Notes: a model not told the origin generated them from the letters alone. A stretch of DNA of 63,879 nt, filler included, from Licmophora abbreviata (GCA_900291995.1; 8 parts of 8 records of this genome joined end to end with filler, not necessarily neighbours in it), one strand, 5' to 3'; positions 31,564 to 43,889 are shown, counted from the first letter of the whole stretch. Translations and numbers: made by a program.

Positions 31564-33559
31564 ATGACCTCCTCCTCGACGACGACTGAGACCACCGCTT
31601 CTGCTCCTCCTTCTACGCCCATCACCAAGACTTCTACTGCTAGTACGAAACCTCCTTCTACTCCCTCTACTGCACTTCACACGACGCGTCGCTCTGCACG
31701 AGTATCCAAACGCGACCCCATCGTCGCTCCTGGCTTTGGCACGCAACGCGACTTGATCACCCTGAGCAGTGCATTGGGATTGCCCGTTGCCGCCGTCACT
31801 AGCATCATGCATGCCCGTGGACGTGGAATGAAGCGTAGAAGCAATGACGACGACGAGAATGAGGACGCAATGCTTCCTCCTGCCACGCCCGTAGTGAATG
31901 CGTGGGCGGACTTTATGCAAGACGAGGGCATGGATTTGAGTAGCAGTGCTACTACGACGACGACACGGGAGGACGCCACGACCAAAAAGCCGAAAACGAC
32001 GAAAACCAAGGCTCCGGATGCTCCCAAGGATGCGGCACGTGATTACGTTCTTCCCTTGGTGTCGTCGTGGGGCAGCGACAGTACTACTAGGAAGACCTCC
32101 AAAAAGGGGAAAAGCAGCGATGCCCCCAACAACGTCTTGGTACAGTCGGGAACGCTCGACAGTGCCATGGTGGGTCGCTCCAAGCGCACCTTGGATCAGC
32201 CGTATGACTTGTTGGTCCCGACCGTTCTTCTTCCCAACATTGCCATTCGCAAGGTCATTGCCAGTTGCACTGCCGCACACATGTTGGCCATTGGTACGGA
32301 CAATACGGTCTATGGATGGGGACGCAACGATCATAGACAGCTGTCGCAGCAATTTAAGGACAGCGTGTCAACACCGACGGAGCTTGATCTTTCGCATCTC
32401 GACGAGACTATCGTTGTCGACGCCGCCGTGGGCAAGTCGCATACGATTCTGTTGAGTGACGAAGGCAAGTTGTTTGCAGTCGGAAGTAATAAGGTCGGAC
32501 AGTGTGGTGTCAATAGTAGTACCGAGACTGTCAACAACTGGCGCAAGTGTGTGGGTGTTGGAATGAGCGAACAAGTGGTGCAGGTGGCGTGTGGAGAGCA
32601 ATTCACCGTGGCTCTGACGGCACAGGGACTCATGTACACGACAGGAAGCAGTGAATTTGGTCAATTGGGAAATGGAGAGACGGGCGAGTACTTTATTACG
32701 GCCAATAAGCTGGCGTTCGCCAACGAAACGAAGTTTACGAAGCGGAGTGAATTCTTGTACGATCCAGAGTACTCGAACAGCAAAATGAGTCAGGATGACA
32801 AGAACATTACGACTATTCCGCATGGCGTGCGCATTGGATCGATTGCATGCGGAAAAAATCATGCGATTGCCATCGAGGCGCCATCGTCGAGCCATTCGTG
32901 TCCTCGTGTCTTTACGTGGGTGAGTGCAATGATGACAGATACATTGTGTTTTTTTGACGTGGAATTAGTGTGCACGTACTCACACACAATGTTGCTCCGA
33001 CGACACTGCCGGCACTACTCTCTATCTTTAGGGCTGCGGTAATTACGGTTGCTTGGGACACGGCGTTCAGGCCGACTCGTATCGCCCCCGTCACGTTCAA
33101 GCGCTCCAGGGTCCCATGTTGGAACAGAACCCACCCGTCGCTGCGGCTGCAGGCTCCCACTGTTCGTTGATTCGCACCGAGCATGGCCACGTGTACTACT
33201 TTGGCAAGCACCGCAGCGTCGGGGAAGCCACGATGCGCCCCTCGCTATTGGATGCGTTGGCCAACAATGGACATGTCGTGACTCACATTGGTGGTGGAAG
33301 TCAGACGGTCGTGTGTAGTACCGAGTCGGCCGTGACGGTGGCGTGGGGACAAGGTCCATGTGGAGAACTTGGCTATGGACCGGACAGGAAGTCATCCGCC
33401 AAGCCGCAGTTTGTTTCGGACTTGGACAAGTGCCGTATTGCAGATTTGGCTTGTGGACAAGGAGCCACGTTGTATTTGGTCATGAAGGAAGATGCGGATG
33501 ACGAGAAAGCTGTGAAACAGTTGGCCGTGTTGAAAGAAGGCGATACAGCGGGGCTATAG
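31564..33559 (+). CDS. RCC1-repeat beta-propeller protein, RCC2/TD-60-like; intron 32920-33031
   Basis: VYGWGRNDHRQL, VGKSHT, VACGEQFT, GSSEFGQLGNGETGEYFI, IACGKNH, FTWGCGNYGCLGH and WGQGPCGELGYG. Confidence 0.85.
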
Positions 33560-33944
33560 GAGTAGAGTGAAGAAGTATATGATTGAATCATCGATGAGGG
33601 TGAAGAAACGATCATAACGTATTTTGTTCGAGATAAGGGGTATCTAGACCGTCGTTGATGTTTGACTTGTCCATTGGACTGTGACGGCTATACATGGTAA
33701 AGGGATGATACCGGTAGTCTAGACTACGAGTCAGTCTATCATCGAAACTCGAAAGGAGTTTTCGAATATCCAAAACGAAACCCGGAAAGCTGCAACAAGC
33801 CACTGAATCCAAAACTGAACTCAACCAAAAATTGTCCGACAACAGCATCACATCACAGCGCGACCAACACTGCCTTCCACCTTTCTTGTTTCGCACCTCC
33901 CCGAGCCACGAAATACTTCTACAATACTAGTCTATGCAGCAAGA

Positions 33945-35050
33945 ATGGGAAAGTCGTACAATCCCGTGGACGAGCATCGTCGGAAAGAACGTAAAAAGCA
34001 GCTCCAAAAGAACAAGACGACGCGCATTCAAGCCCGCGACGAGCAGGTCAAACAGAGCAAAACGGTCCGTCAAGTGAAGGATGAAATTCAAGTTTTGGAG
34101 CAAAAGAAGGCTCACAAGAATGGTCACTTGGATGCGGCGGATACCAAGAAACTAGAGCGACTGCAGAAGGAGTTCAAATTGGTGCAACAAGCGCAGCAGG
34201 AGCGCGCTGCGCAACAACAGAGCAAGCCGTTCGCTCCCACAGTCAACAGACCGCTGACGGAACTCGATGATCCTAGAAAGAGTGTGTACTATGATCCCGT
34301 CATGAATCCTTATGGGGCCCCGCCGCCTGGAAAGCCGCGATTGTATCATCAGCGAGGAGGAGGTGTCACCATGAATATGAAGCTAGCCGTGGTACCCGGA
34401 GAAGAGGAAAGCCTACAAGAGGAGGCACCGACGAGAGACATTTCGGATACACCCAGCGAGCCTGTCCGGAGACCCCAGCAGCAGTACTACGCACCACCAC
34501 CACCTCCTCCACCACGCCAGCGGAAGGAGCCACCTGCCCCTCGTCCTGTTGTCCCTCCACCGCCTCCTCCTCCTCCTCCACCACCCGTTCCCACGGAACA
34601 AGCACCGCCTCCNNNNNNNNNNNNNNNNNNNNNNNNNNNNNNNNNNNNNNNNNNNNTTAATTAATTAANNNNNNNNNNNNNNNNNNNNNNNNNNNNNNNN
34701 NNNNNNNNNNNNATCCAACGGACTTGGCCTATCCAGTCACAGATGAGTATCCAGTGGACGGAACATATGGCGAGGCAGTGGGTCCGTATCCTGTGGATGA
34801 TCCTGTGATTAACACAGCCGAGTCGGCTCTGGAAACTCCAGCGGAACCCCCAAAGAAGGTCTACAAAGCCGACAAGGAGGTTGTAGGCTTGATGCCCACC
34901 AATCTTAGAAAGCGCCGAGCCCCCTTAGCGAGGACAGCAGCGCGAAAAGTCAAGAAGGTCACACAGCAGGTGCCGCAATCATCGCGGGCGTCCAAGTCCG
35001 TCGGTGATGACTATGAAGCGTTCATGAAGGACATCTCGACCCTTAACTAG
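33945..35050 (+). CDS. WBP11: WW-domain-binding protein 11 (splicing factor); spans a scaffold gap
   Basis: N-terminal NPVDEHRRKERKKQLQKNK; SVYYDPVMNPYGAPPPGKP; poly-Pro; C-terminal GLMPTNLRKRR and DDYEAFMKDI. Confidence 0.85.
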
Positions 35051-35122
35051 AATGCCTTGATTGTAAAATCTAAAGGAATCATAATACATGCTCTAGTCGA
35101 GCGTCCCCATTAATCAAGCTAT

Positions 35123-36197
35123 TCACCAGTCATTCCATTTCCTTTTTTGCGGCTTCCTGTTATCGTAGTGGCTGCGATGTCCATCAAAAAGAACAACAGT
35201 ACTGATTATTGAATCGTGCTGTGGCTCTACTGGATAATATGGAGGCGTTGGCTTGGGACGATATGCTCCCCTGGGCTTGCCGCCCCCTTTTCCTTTCGAT
35301 CGTTTCTTCCCAGATTTTTTCCCAGACTTCTTACCAACAGGCTTTGGAATTGGTTTTGGTCGGGGTATATGATGAGTTGTTGGGATCAAGGGAGTGGGTG
35401 GGCGTCTATGGAACATAGTGGGCGATGGTGCCGGATCAGGATCGATTTGAGGAGTTGGGGCTGGGGTGGGACCTGGAGTTGGAGTGAGAGTAGTTGCTGA
35501 AGTGGGAATAGAAGTTGGATCCGATGTTGGAGTTTGAGAAGGGGCAGATGAAGGATTAAGCGAAGGCACAGAACTTGGCGAGTCAGATGGTGCTGGTGTT
35601 TCATCTGGCTCGAATGCGGTCGGAGCTGAACTCGGTACTGAGCTCGGCACTGAGCTCGGCACTGAGCTCGGCATGGAACTCGGCATGGAACTCGGCATTG
35701 AACTTGGAACTGAACTCGGCGAGTCTGAAACGGAGACTGGTGCTAGCACAGGAGCGGGTATTGGTGGGTCGATTGAGCCGCCTGTGTCTGAAATGAAGAC
35801 AGGTGCCACTACAGGAGCGGGAATTGGCTGGTCTTGGGAGCGTGATGAGAGAAAGACAGGCGCAACAGGGGAATCCAGTGACGACGAGTCTCCCTGTTGA
35901 GCATCGACTGCTTGGACCGACTTGATCGCTGATTGTGGGAATCTTACTAAACTTCTTCTCACTAGCTCTTCTCTATCCGATAACCCCTAAAACAGACAAG
36001 GGTACATCGGCTGGATCGTGAGCGAGCATATCAATCAAACCACAGGCTACAGGGACATTGGTGGAACAGTGGACAGTAACGACATTTCGTTTTTCGTTTC
36101 CGTTTCTACTTACCTCCCCTTGCAAGATGCTTCCATCCCTTCCTAACCCCGGATTAATGGCTATAAGCGTAGCGATTAGCTGCAGAGGTCTCTTCAT
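35123..36197 (-). CDS. secreted Pro/Ser/Thr-rich protein with PSSxP repeats and a KKSGKK cluster (cell-wall/silaffin-like); intron 35987-36113
   Basis: A 28-codon first exon (MKRPLQLIATLIAINPG...) with a GTAAGT donor splices in phase to GLSDREELVRRSL.... It contains PSSMPSSV repeats and GKKSGKKSGKKRSKGKGG. Confidence 0.7.
35628..35720. repeat. 12-bp coding minisatellite (about 8 units)
   Basis: GAGCTCGGCACT/GAACTCGGCATG units encode PSSV/PSSM. Confidence 0.85.
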
Positions 36198-36604
36198 GGT
36201 TCATCCAACGAAACAGCTCTCTAGTTCGCATGTTTCATCATTGCCGTTGACTATTCGATCTAATTGCGAATGGTTCACCAAAAATTGTGAGGGCGTGCGT
36301 TGGGTGTTATTAATATACTTCAGGAGTGAATATACAAATACGCGATTTTCGGCGGCAGTCTAACATAGAGTGTCTTTTGGGCATCTTTGATACTTGCTTC
36401 GCAAAAAGTACTTCTACGATGTAAGCCAACCACTGTGAGTGGTCTCTCAAACGCATCCTAGCAGCCAGTAGAACTATCTACATTGCTTTCTTTTTGCTTT
36501 ACCGCTTGCAGTTGATTCGAATCGCACGACAGTAAGCTTCGATTTACAACATCACAGAGAAGACTAGAACAATATGAAATTCTATTCTATTCTATTTCTA
36601 TTGT

Positions 36605-38005
36605 TTATTCCCAAGCCGACTCCTCGTCAAGACGGTTGGACTTTGTGAAAGGATCCGACCATGCCACAACCACTTTACGACCTTTGCCGTAAGTTGGCTG
36701 CCGTCCGTGGCTCGTCGAGAAGTTATCAATCATGAGGATATCACCCTTCTGCCATCGGTTGAAGACCATATTCTTGTGTATTGCGTTGCGTATCTGGTGC
36801 ATCTCCCATATGTTGATGGGAGTGCCATCTCCGAAAGAAGATTCGAGAGCCATTTTGTGTCCCAGGATGCCATACTTGAATACAGAAACAAGCGAGAGAA
36901 AGACTGCACGGGAGAGAAACCTGAAGTCGCGTGTTCGTCGAAAGGCAAAGAACAGTTCAGCTGGAAACGTTGTCCAGTGAAAGACCTGCGCATGGTTGAA
37001 CCAAACAACTTCCTTGGTATCAGGATGAAGCTGAAAGGGTTCCGACACTGTCTCGCTCACAAACGTGTCTTCGTTCCGCCCTGTCCACTTCATGGGCGTG
37101 CCCTCGTCTCTCGCTATGCGTTCCACTTGGCTTTTGTCATGTGTACCAAACACTTCCGGCCAGCCTTGCATGGACGCGACATCATGCGTATTCGTGGCAC
37201 CGACCTTGTGATGCGTACGACGGTATCTTATCTTTTTGGCCGCAAGCTTGTCCCGAAGCTTCTTCGGAATGTCTCGGTAGACTTTTCGGAAATCCGCCAG
37301 CGCTGTCTCGCCACCCGGTGTGTTGGGTGCCTGCAACGCACTGAAGAACAGCGTGCGGGGTGGACTTGGCAAGAAGGACATTTCCAAATGCTGTGCAATG
37401 GGATACGTAGAAGGTACCTCAGCCGCCGAAAAGACAAAGTCAGTGCCGCCTTGGGTGTTGCGTGGCGATGTGCCTCGGTAGTTGTTGTTGAGTTTCGTGT
37501 AGGACGTAATCGCATCCTCCACGTCTTGCGCCGACTCAACTTGAAATCCCCGGAAAAGGACCGCGCCATAGTCGACCATTTGCTGGCCAATCCATTCCTC
37601 GTTTTGTTTTAAAAAGCGAGAGAGAAATTGAAGTGATCTGTCATGCCGAGGTGTAACGAGAAGAGGGTAGGGTTTGACGCTTCCGTTGCCAATCGTGTCA
37701 ACTGGCAACAGTGATATTGTGACATCACGCAAACTGGGGGCGATCGTCGGTAGGGAACTTGCTGACGAAGTTGCAAGAGGGACGATCGGGAATGTATCTG
37801 AAAGATCCAGTGGCTTCAGCAATTGTTCTTTGGTAGTGTCGCATTCTGGGCAGAGTTGGTAGGGAAGGGAGACTTTCGATCTGTGTCCCAGCCGCAGCTG
37901 TCGGACCGGAGATGTAGTCTGAAGAGGTGCAAAGGCCAACGCCTTGTCACTGTGAAAAGGCGCCACAGCACTGAGTGCTAGCAAGGTGAAGACCCAGGAG
38001 TTCAT
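36605..38005 (-). CDS. TauD/TfdA (clavaminate-synthase/SyrP-like) Fe(II)/2-oxoglutarate dioxygenase, predicted plastid targeted
   Basis: YGAVLFRGF, YRGTSPR, IAQHLEMSF (HxE), GGETALAD, VWFNHA and WQKGDILMIDN..SHGRQP; signal peptide followed by ALA|FAP. Confidence 0.88.
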   Translation of the reverse strand: MNSWVFTLLALSAVAPFHSDKALAFAPLQTTSPVRQLRLGHRSKVSLPYQLCPECDTTKEQLLKPLDLSDTFPIVPLATSSASSLPTIAPSLRDVTISLLPVDTIGNGSVKPYPLLVTPRHDRSLQFLSRFLKQNEEWIGQQMVDYGAVLFRGFQVESAQDVEDAITSYTKLNNNYRGTSPRNTQGGTDFVFSAAEVPSTYPIAQHLEMSFLPSPPRTLFFSALQAPNTPGGETALADFRKVYRDIPKKLRDKLAAKKIRYRRTHHKVGATNTHDVASMQGWPEVFGTHDKSQVERIARDEGTPMKWTGRNEDTFVSETVSEPFQLHPDTKEVVWFNHAQVFHWTTFPAELFFAFRRTRDFRFLSRAVFLSLVSVFKYGILGHKMALESSFGDGTPINIWEMHQIRNAIHKNMVFNRWQKGDILMIDNFSTSHGRQPTYGKGRKVVVAWSDPFTKSNRLDEESAWE

Positions 38006-38344
38006 AAATCTTGTTGCTTGTTGTTTCCGCCGCGTGAGATGAGGTGCACGTGTTATCCTTCTTTCGCGCGTCTTGTTGAAATTGTGAGCTATTTTCAATT
38101 TTGTGACCTTGGATTTGCAGACACGACCACAGAGTTCTTTCGAACTCCAACTAACCCGGATATTACCCGAGCAGCATGTGAGTGCCGAGCCGGCCGGTGT
38201 GAGCTTGAACACAACGCGAGCTATGACACATTGAACATGGTTTAGCTCTCTATTTGAGTGTGTATGAAGTCTACTCAACGCAACCGAACAATGGCGATGA
38301 TGGTTATGATAAGTACAGTGGGTCTATCTCATCTCTCAAGTTCG

Positions 38345-39568
38345 TTACGTTTGCTGCTGCACATCACCAGATTCTTCGGCAGTACCGTTCGTCAGTTGCG
38401 ACGCAGCCTGATCAGTTGTTGCGCTTGTAGGAGGAACACTGCCATCAAGCATCATCATGGGGGCGGTCTGCGGCATTTGTACAAAACCACCCTGGTCTAT
38501 CATGACATGCGATTGAGTAGGTGGGATCATGCCTTGAATAGCGTATCCCTCCATCATGGCACCATAGTTGGCAGTGACAGCTTCCGTTTCGTAGGGGTAC
38601 GGAGGATACGGAGCGGCGAATGCGGCTGCATCACCATACAAGACGCCATGATGATGTGGATAATACATGTTGGTAGGAGGAGGCGGCGGGTACATCATGG
38701 GTGTATCGTAGGGCGTGAGTGAGCTGGGAACACCAGGATTAACGGAAGAGTCCGGAGAAGACCATCTGGTGTTGTTTTTATTGTTGTTCTGGTTGCGGTG
38801 ATGTCGATTCTTTCGATTTTGAAAGTTGTAACCCACACCAGGTTCCCGAGGTTCAGCTGCCTTGATTTCACACAACTTGGATCGCATATAGACTCGTCCA
38901 ACACCTTTCACATGGTCCATATCGGGCACACGAGAGTTCAAAAGCTGACTCGCCACAGTCTGTTGTGTTGTCGTGAAATTATCAGTGTAACAAACAATGA
39001 ATGAATGAATGAGTGGAGTGTGTGTGTTGGTCGCTCAAGACAGTATCAATCGAACAAGCATCACTACTGCTACCTACAACAGGAAAGGACTCACCGAATC
39101 TTCAAAGGTAACAAATCCAAAGCCCCGTGACCGCCGAGTATCTCTATCAATCATGACTATGGAGTCCAATACTACCCCAAACTGTTCAAAGAAGATTCGA
39201 AACTCGTCTTCTGTGACTGTCAAGGCAGACAGAACGCGAATGAGTGAGTAATGTACGCAGGAGGCGATACGAAGCGAGTAAGCACAACTTACCATTGGAA
39301 GGAAGACCGCCGACAAAGAGCTTTCGTGCATCCTTGTGAGTCGGTGGAATCTTGGATCCTCGTGAGTAGTAGTGCTGGTTCGTTGTCGCGGAAGTTTGGT
39401 TCGTCGCACTACTAGTAGTAGTAGTAGTAGTAGTAGCAGTAGCAGCAGTAGTAGTAGTATTGCGGTTCATCGTGGCACTGCTAGTACCTCCTACAGTCCC
39501 CTGCTGTGGATTCTCGTTGGGAAGAGGACGGGTAGGCCCAGCGTGCATACCGGTCGAGTTCTAGACTA
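38345..39568 (-). CDS. RRM RNA-binding protein (Musashi/hnRNP-A-like), 5' end in the gap; introns 39217-39292 and 38960-39094
   Basis: RNP2 [11 protein letters not shown]1 SRGFGFVTF and CEIKAAEPR. Confidence 0.88.
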
Positions 39569-40312
39569 NNNNNNNNNNNNNNNNNNNNNNNNNNNNNNNN
39601 NNNNNNNNNNNNTTAATTAATTAANNNNNNNNNNNNNNNNNNNNNNNNNNNNNNNNNNNNNNNNNNNNGGCCTCTTGGTGCGTGGTAGAATTCTACGAGT
39701 TTCCTACGCGAAATTGCACAGAGAGGATCGGAGGGAGGGACCGATGAATCTTTTTTTCTTTCTTGGCCTTTTTCGTCGCTCCAGTTCGTTCCTTTTCACT
39801 CTCTTGCTCCTACGCACAGTCACCCACCCGTCCCTGGAACGCCGTCTTTCACCCAAAAGTCGAGTCTCCGCTTGTGACGACAAGGTTGAATGTGTCTCGT
39901 TGTGGTTGCTCTGTCTGGAGGATGAGATTGTGAGGGCGGGGCTTCGCATTCTGTGCCACCATGTGACTCTCCGTAGGAGTTCGTACAGAACTACGCTCTC
40001 TTATCTGGGCACGCGCGCACACGAGCCAGCAGAGCTTTAACCGGTACTGGGGGGTGGGATAGTCACATAGTGGTGCGTCGCCAAGAAAGTTCCACCTGGA
40101 ACGCGCGAACGAACGAACGCGAGAGTGACGATACCGGTAGACTTACCGACACTTTTGTGTGGTGTGGTGTAATGGATGGAGGCAGCACATGCAAGCTCAA
40201 CAAACGACAGTGTTCCACTTTGAACTTGTAGCAGTCCCTGTGCATCATTCGAGTATCCCTTCAAGCTTGTTGTGTAAAAGGATTCATTCCCAGAGAAACT
40301 CAGCTCATCAGG

Positions 40313-41107
40313 ATGACTTGTTGTTCCGAATCCCCTACTTCGAGCTGTCGCTCATCGTCGCTGCTCTTGGTACTCGTCCTTCTCTTTACTTTCACTCTTC
40401 CTTCTCTTGCCGCCCGCGGCGGCGGCTTCATGCGCGACGGCTTCAACAATCGCATGGAACGCGAGTTTTCCTCGGAAGCATCGCAACAGGTCGATGAGTT
40501 GGGCGGCATGACGCAGGAGATGCTCGTACTCAAAAATCAAGAGTGGGAACTCGCGGCAGTCGAAAACAGCGACCGTATTCCAGACAAGGCCTTGCGAAAA
40601 CACATTCAACAGTTCGTCTCGCAGCCGACTCGGATCAAGGGCACGGGCGTGGGAGTGCGGACGGCCAATGCGGTTGGATACAAGGCGGTGGCCAAAACGG
40701 CGCAACACAAAAAGTTGCGTGCGGTCTGGAAGCGAGGGAGTGTCAGTGACAAAAAGGTGACGCCTCGGGATATTCTCCAGGTCTCCTACGAAGAAGCGGT
40801 GCGTAGACGTACGGGAGCGAGTCAGGTGCAGTGGGAGTTGATATTGCCGCCCGTCCCCGGCACGCGGGACTTGCCCAGCATTGTCTTCACCGTCCCCGTG
40901 CAGATGGGAGCTGTGAACCCGGAAGCCGTCGTGGCGACGAGCAAAGGAAGTGTCGTCCTCTACCCCAAGGGAAGTAAGGACAAGTCTGTCATGGTGGATC
41001 TGGGCACGGCGCGAGCCATCATGCCCATGAAGGCGGGACTGGTCGATCCCAGTTGGGCGCGTGGACGAACGATCTTTCGCAAGGGAAGGTCCGTAGGACA
41101 AGTCTAG
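40313..41107 (+). CDS. hypothetical protein with an N-terminal signal peptide
   Basis: 264-aa ORF with hydrophobic LLLVLVLLFTFTLPSLAA and GC3-rich codons. Confidence 0.7.
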   Translation: MTCCSESPTSSCRSSSLLLVLVLLFTFTLPSLAARGGGFMRDGFNNRMEREFSSEASQQVDELGGMTQEMLVLKNQEWELAAVENSDRIPDKALRKHIQQFVSQPTRIKGTGVGVRTANAVGYKAVAKTAQHKKLRAVWKRGSVSDKKVTPRDILQVSYEEAVRRRTGASQVQWELILPPVPGTRDLPSIVFTVPVQMGAVNPEAVVATSKGSVVLYPKGSKDKSVMVDLGTARAIMPMKAGLVDPSWARGRTIFRKGRSVGQV

Positions 41108-41381
41108 CTACACCAGAGAGAGAGAGTAAGTTTACGAGTAGTGCATGTACCTGTCATGGGCTATCGGCAGCTAGTGGCTACCATTCCATTGCTACTTTAG
41201 GAGGACAGACCTTGGTTGAATTGTGATTCATGGTAGTATTGTTGGCTATCTAGCTCAAAGTAGATAGTGAGTCTAGAGTCTCGTCTTGACGCGAGCTCTC
41301 TGACGATTCGTGCATATGGAGCTCGTATACGAAATCTTGTCACTCCCAAACAGGATCCAAAAGAGTTCGAGTCCTTGGACC

Positions 41382-43889
41382 ATGGCGCCGATCCACCAGC
41401 GACGGTCTGTTTCTTGCTTGTTGGACATCGTTCAGAGTCTATTTGTGCCCCGTAACATCATTCTCATTGCCTGTTGCTCTGTCTTGGGACGACAGACGGC
41501 GGCGTTCGGCGGAAGCTTTCGTCGCAGCAGTTTACTCCGTACTACTACTACTGGCACCGCTATAGGTACTACTAATACTGCCCTCTCTCGCCACGGCCGA
41601 CTCTTGTCTTTGCTTGCCATGACGCCACCTCCCCCCGAAGCCCGTCGCGAGGAAGACCGCGTTGTTTTCTGCGGGATTGACCCCTCAAACCCCAAGGCTG
41701 TTCGTCAATCCGAAACATCCACGGAAGCTCTCATCGATCCACCCGTGGCCGTCCCGGATCCCTACGGCTGGATGCGCGACGACAAGCGCGAACGCGAACA
41801 AGTCTTGGACCACTTGCACGCGGAAAATGACTACACGGCCGCTCTGACGGATCATTTGACACCCCTTCGGACCAAACTCTACAATGAAATGGTCGCGTCC
41901 ATTCAAGAAACCGACTACAGCGTCCCCCGGCCCAAACAAGACAACTACTACTACTACACTCGTACTTTTCAGGGCAAGAGTTATGTTGTGCATTGTCGGG
42001 CTTCTAAGATACAGGACGGTAGTCTCACCATCAACTGGGATGGCAGTGCTGATACGCCCATTCTACCCAACGAACAAATCCTGTTGGATGAAAATGTGTT
42101 GGCCGAAGGCAAGCCGTATTGCAGTACGGGAACTGTCCGCACCTCGCCCAGTGGAACGTTGTTGGCGTATACGGTCGACTTTACCGGAAGCGAAACCTGT
42201 CAGTTGGTCATTCAGAATATCGAAACGGGTGAGGCCATCTTTGAGGATGAGTCGTTGGAAATTTATGGCTCTCTGGTGTGGGGAAAGGATGATGAGACTG
42301 TCTTTTATCTCAAATTGGATGCCGCCAAACGCCCGTTCCAAGTGTACCGAAGGAACCTTACCACCAACACGGAAGAGTTGTTGTGGGAGGAACCGAATGA
42401 ACTGTTTTGGGTGGGCGCTTCCAAAACACTGGATGGGAAGTATCTCTTGGTGGATGCGCACAGCATGGAAACTTCAGAAGTGTGGTATTTGGATTTGGAG
42501 GACGCGGGCTCAAAACTCCAGTGCGTCGCCAAGCGTCGTACCAAAGTTCTTTATGACGTGGAACATCGCAAGGGTGTTTGGTGGATTACGAGTAATGTTG
42601 GTGGAACGCCCAACATGCGCTTGTTGACCTGTCGAGTGGGAGAAACAGAGAAGGCCTGGAAGGATGTTGTGCTTGCAGATGATGAAGAACCGATCTTTGA
42701 CGGTGGTTATGAACGTTGCTTGTCATACTTGACAGCTTTTGAGACTCATATTGTCGCACAGGGAAGAGAGGGAGGGATCCCTCGTGTGTGGATTTTGGGT
42801 GGCAGTGACTCTGTTGATGATATTCACAAGGTCGCATCCTTTCAACAGCTATCGTTTGACGAAGCGGCACACGATGTCGGTCTTTCCACGAATTATGAGT
42901 TTGAAACATCCAAAATTGTCGTGGCTTACGATTCGCTCATTACGCCGTTGCAGCACGTTGAAATTGACCTTGCCGATGTCTCGAAACGAAGCGTCGTGAA
43001 GGAAAAATTGGTGCCCAACTACGATAAGAGCCAATTCGGGTGCGATCGTATTACGGTCATGTCGCGGGATGGCTCGACCGAGATTCCTGTCAGCCTTGTC
43101 TATCGTCAGGATGTCATGGACCAATGGAAGAGTACGGGTGAACCGGCCTTTGTTCACCTCTATGGCTATGGGTCGTACGGATCTTGCATCGAAGCGGACT
43201 TTCGGTCGACGCGTCTAGCTCTCTTGGAACGCGGTATTGTATACGTAATCGCGCATGTACGTGGAGGAGGAGAAATGGGACGACATTGGTACGAAGAGCC
43301 CAATGGCGCGAAGTACTTGTGCAAGAAGAATACGTTCAATGATTTTGTCGACGTTGGGAAATGGTTGGTGGACGACAAGAAACTCACTACTCCGTCGAAG
43401 ATGTCCTGCGAAGGACGGAGCGCCGGTGGACTCTTGATTGGAGCCAGTATCAACCAAGCACCCGAGCTCTTCAAGGCTGCAATCTTAGGCGTACCATTCG
43501 TCGACGTTGTCAACACCATGTCCGATTCGACGATTCCTCTGACGTGTGGAGAATGGGAGGAATGGGGTTGTCCTAATGAGAGCAAGTTTCATCAGTACAT
43601 GATGGAATACAGTCCCATCAACAATGTCCAGGAAGGGAAAACATACCCCTCGTGCTTGCTCACGGGTGGCTTGCATGATCCACGTGTTCAGTATTGGGAG
43701 CCAGCCAAGTTCGCTGCTCAGCTTCGACATGCCCAGGGAGACGAGTCGGGACCCGTTTGCGTCAAACTGGACATGACGGCCGGTCACTTTTCGGCCTCGG
43801 ATCGATACAAGTATCTCAGGGAGCTTTCCTTCGACTTTGCGTTCTTATTGGATCAACTCGGGCTGGAAGAAACGTCCAAAGAAGAGTGA
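41382..43889 (+). CDS. ptrB: oligopeptidase B (peptidase S9A) with an organelle-targeting N-terminal extension
   Basis: DPYGWMRDD, YGYGSYG, HVRGGGEMG, catalytic GRSAGG, HDPRVQYWEPAK and AGHFSASDRY. Confidence 0.93.
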   Translation: MAPIHQRRSVSCLLDIVQSLFVPRNIILIACCSVLGRQTAAFGGSFRRSSLLRTTTTGTAIGTTNTALSRHGRLLSLLAMTPPPPEARREEDRVVFCGIDPSNPKAVRQSETSTEALIDPPVAVPDPYGWMRDDKREREQVLDHLHAENDYTAALTDHLTPLRTKLYNEMVASIQETDYSVPRPKQDNYYYYTRTFQGKSYVVHCRASKIQDGSLTINWDGSADTPILPNEQILLDENVLAEGKPYCSTGTVRTSPSGTLLAYTVDFTGSETCQLVIQNIETGEAIFEDESLEIYGSLVWGKDDETVFYLKLDAAKRPFQVYRRNLTTNTEELLWEEPNELFWVGASKTLDGKYLLVDAHSMETSEVWYLDLEDAGSKLQCVAKRRTKVLYDVEHRKGVWWITSNVGGTPNMRLLTCRVGETEKAWKDVVLADDEEPIFDGGYERCLSYLTAFETHIVAQGREGGIPRVWILGGSDSVDDIHKVASFQQLSFDEAAHDVGLSTNYEFETSKIVVAYDSLITPLQHVEIDLADVSKRSVVKEKLVPNYDKSQFGCDRITVMSRDGSTEIPVSLVYRQDVMDQWKSTGEPAFVHLYGYGSYGSCIEADFRSTRLALLERGIVYVIAHVRGGGEMGRHWYEEPNGAKYLCKKNTFNDFVDVGKWLVDDKKLTTPSKMSCEGRSAGGLLIGASINQAPELFKAAILGVPFVDVVNTMSDSTIPLTCGEWEEWGCPNESKFHQYMMEYSPINNVQEGKTYPSCLLTGGLHDPRVQYWEPAKFAAQLRHAQGDESGPVCVKLDMTAGHFSASDRYKYLRELSFDFAFLLDQLGLEETSKEE

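Noticed and set aside
12230..33559. functional mitotic gene cluster (Aurora-like, MAP3K, RCC2-like)
   Set aside because: The genes are interspersed with unrelated genes and separated by gaps of unknown size, so the co-location may be chance.
36707..37612. 301-aa plus-strand ORF
   Set aside because: Antisense to the TauD dioxygenase, with no motifs of its own.
40352..41101. 249-aa minus-strand ORF (similarly 31504-32352 and 48835-49494)
   Set aside because: Antisense shadows of GC3-rich coding genes.
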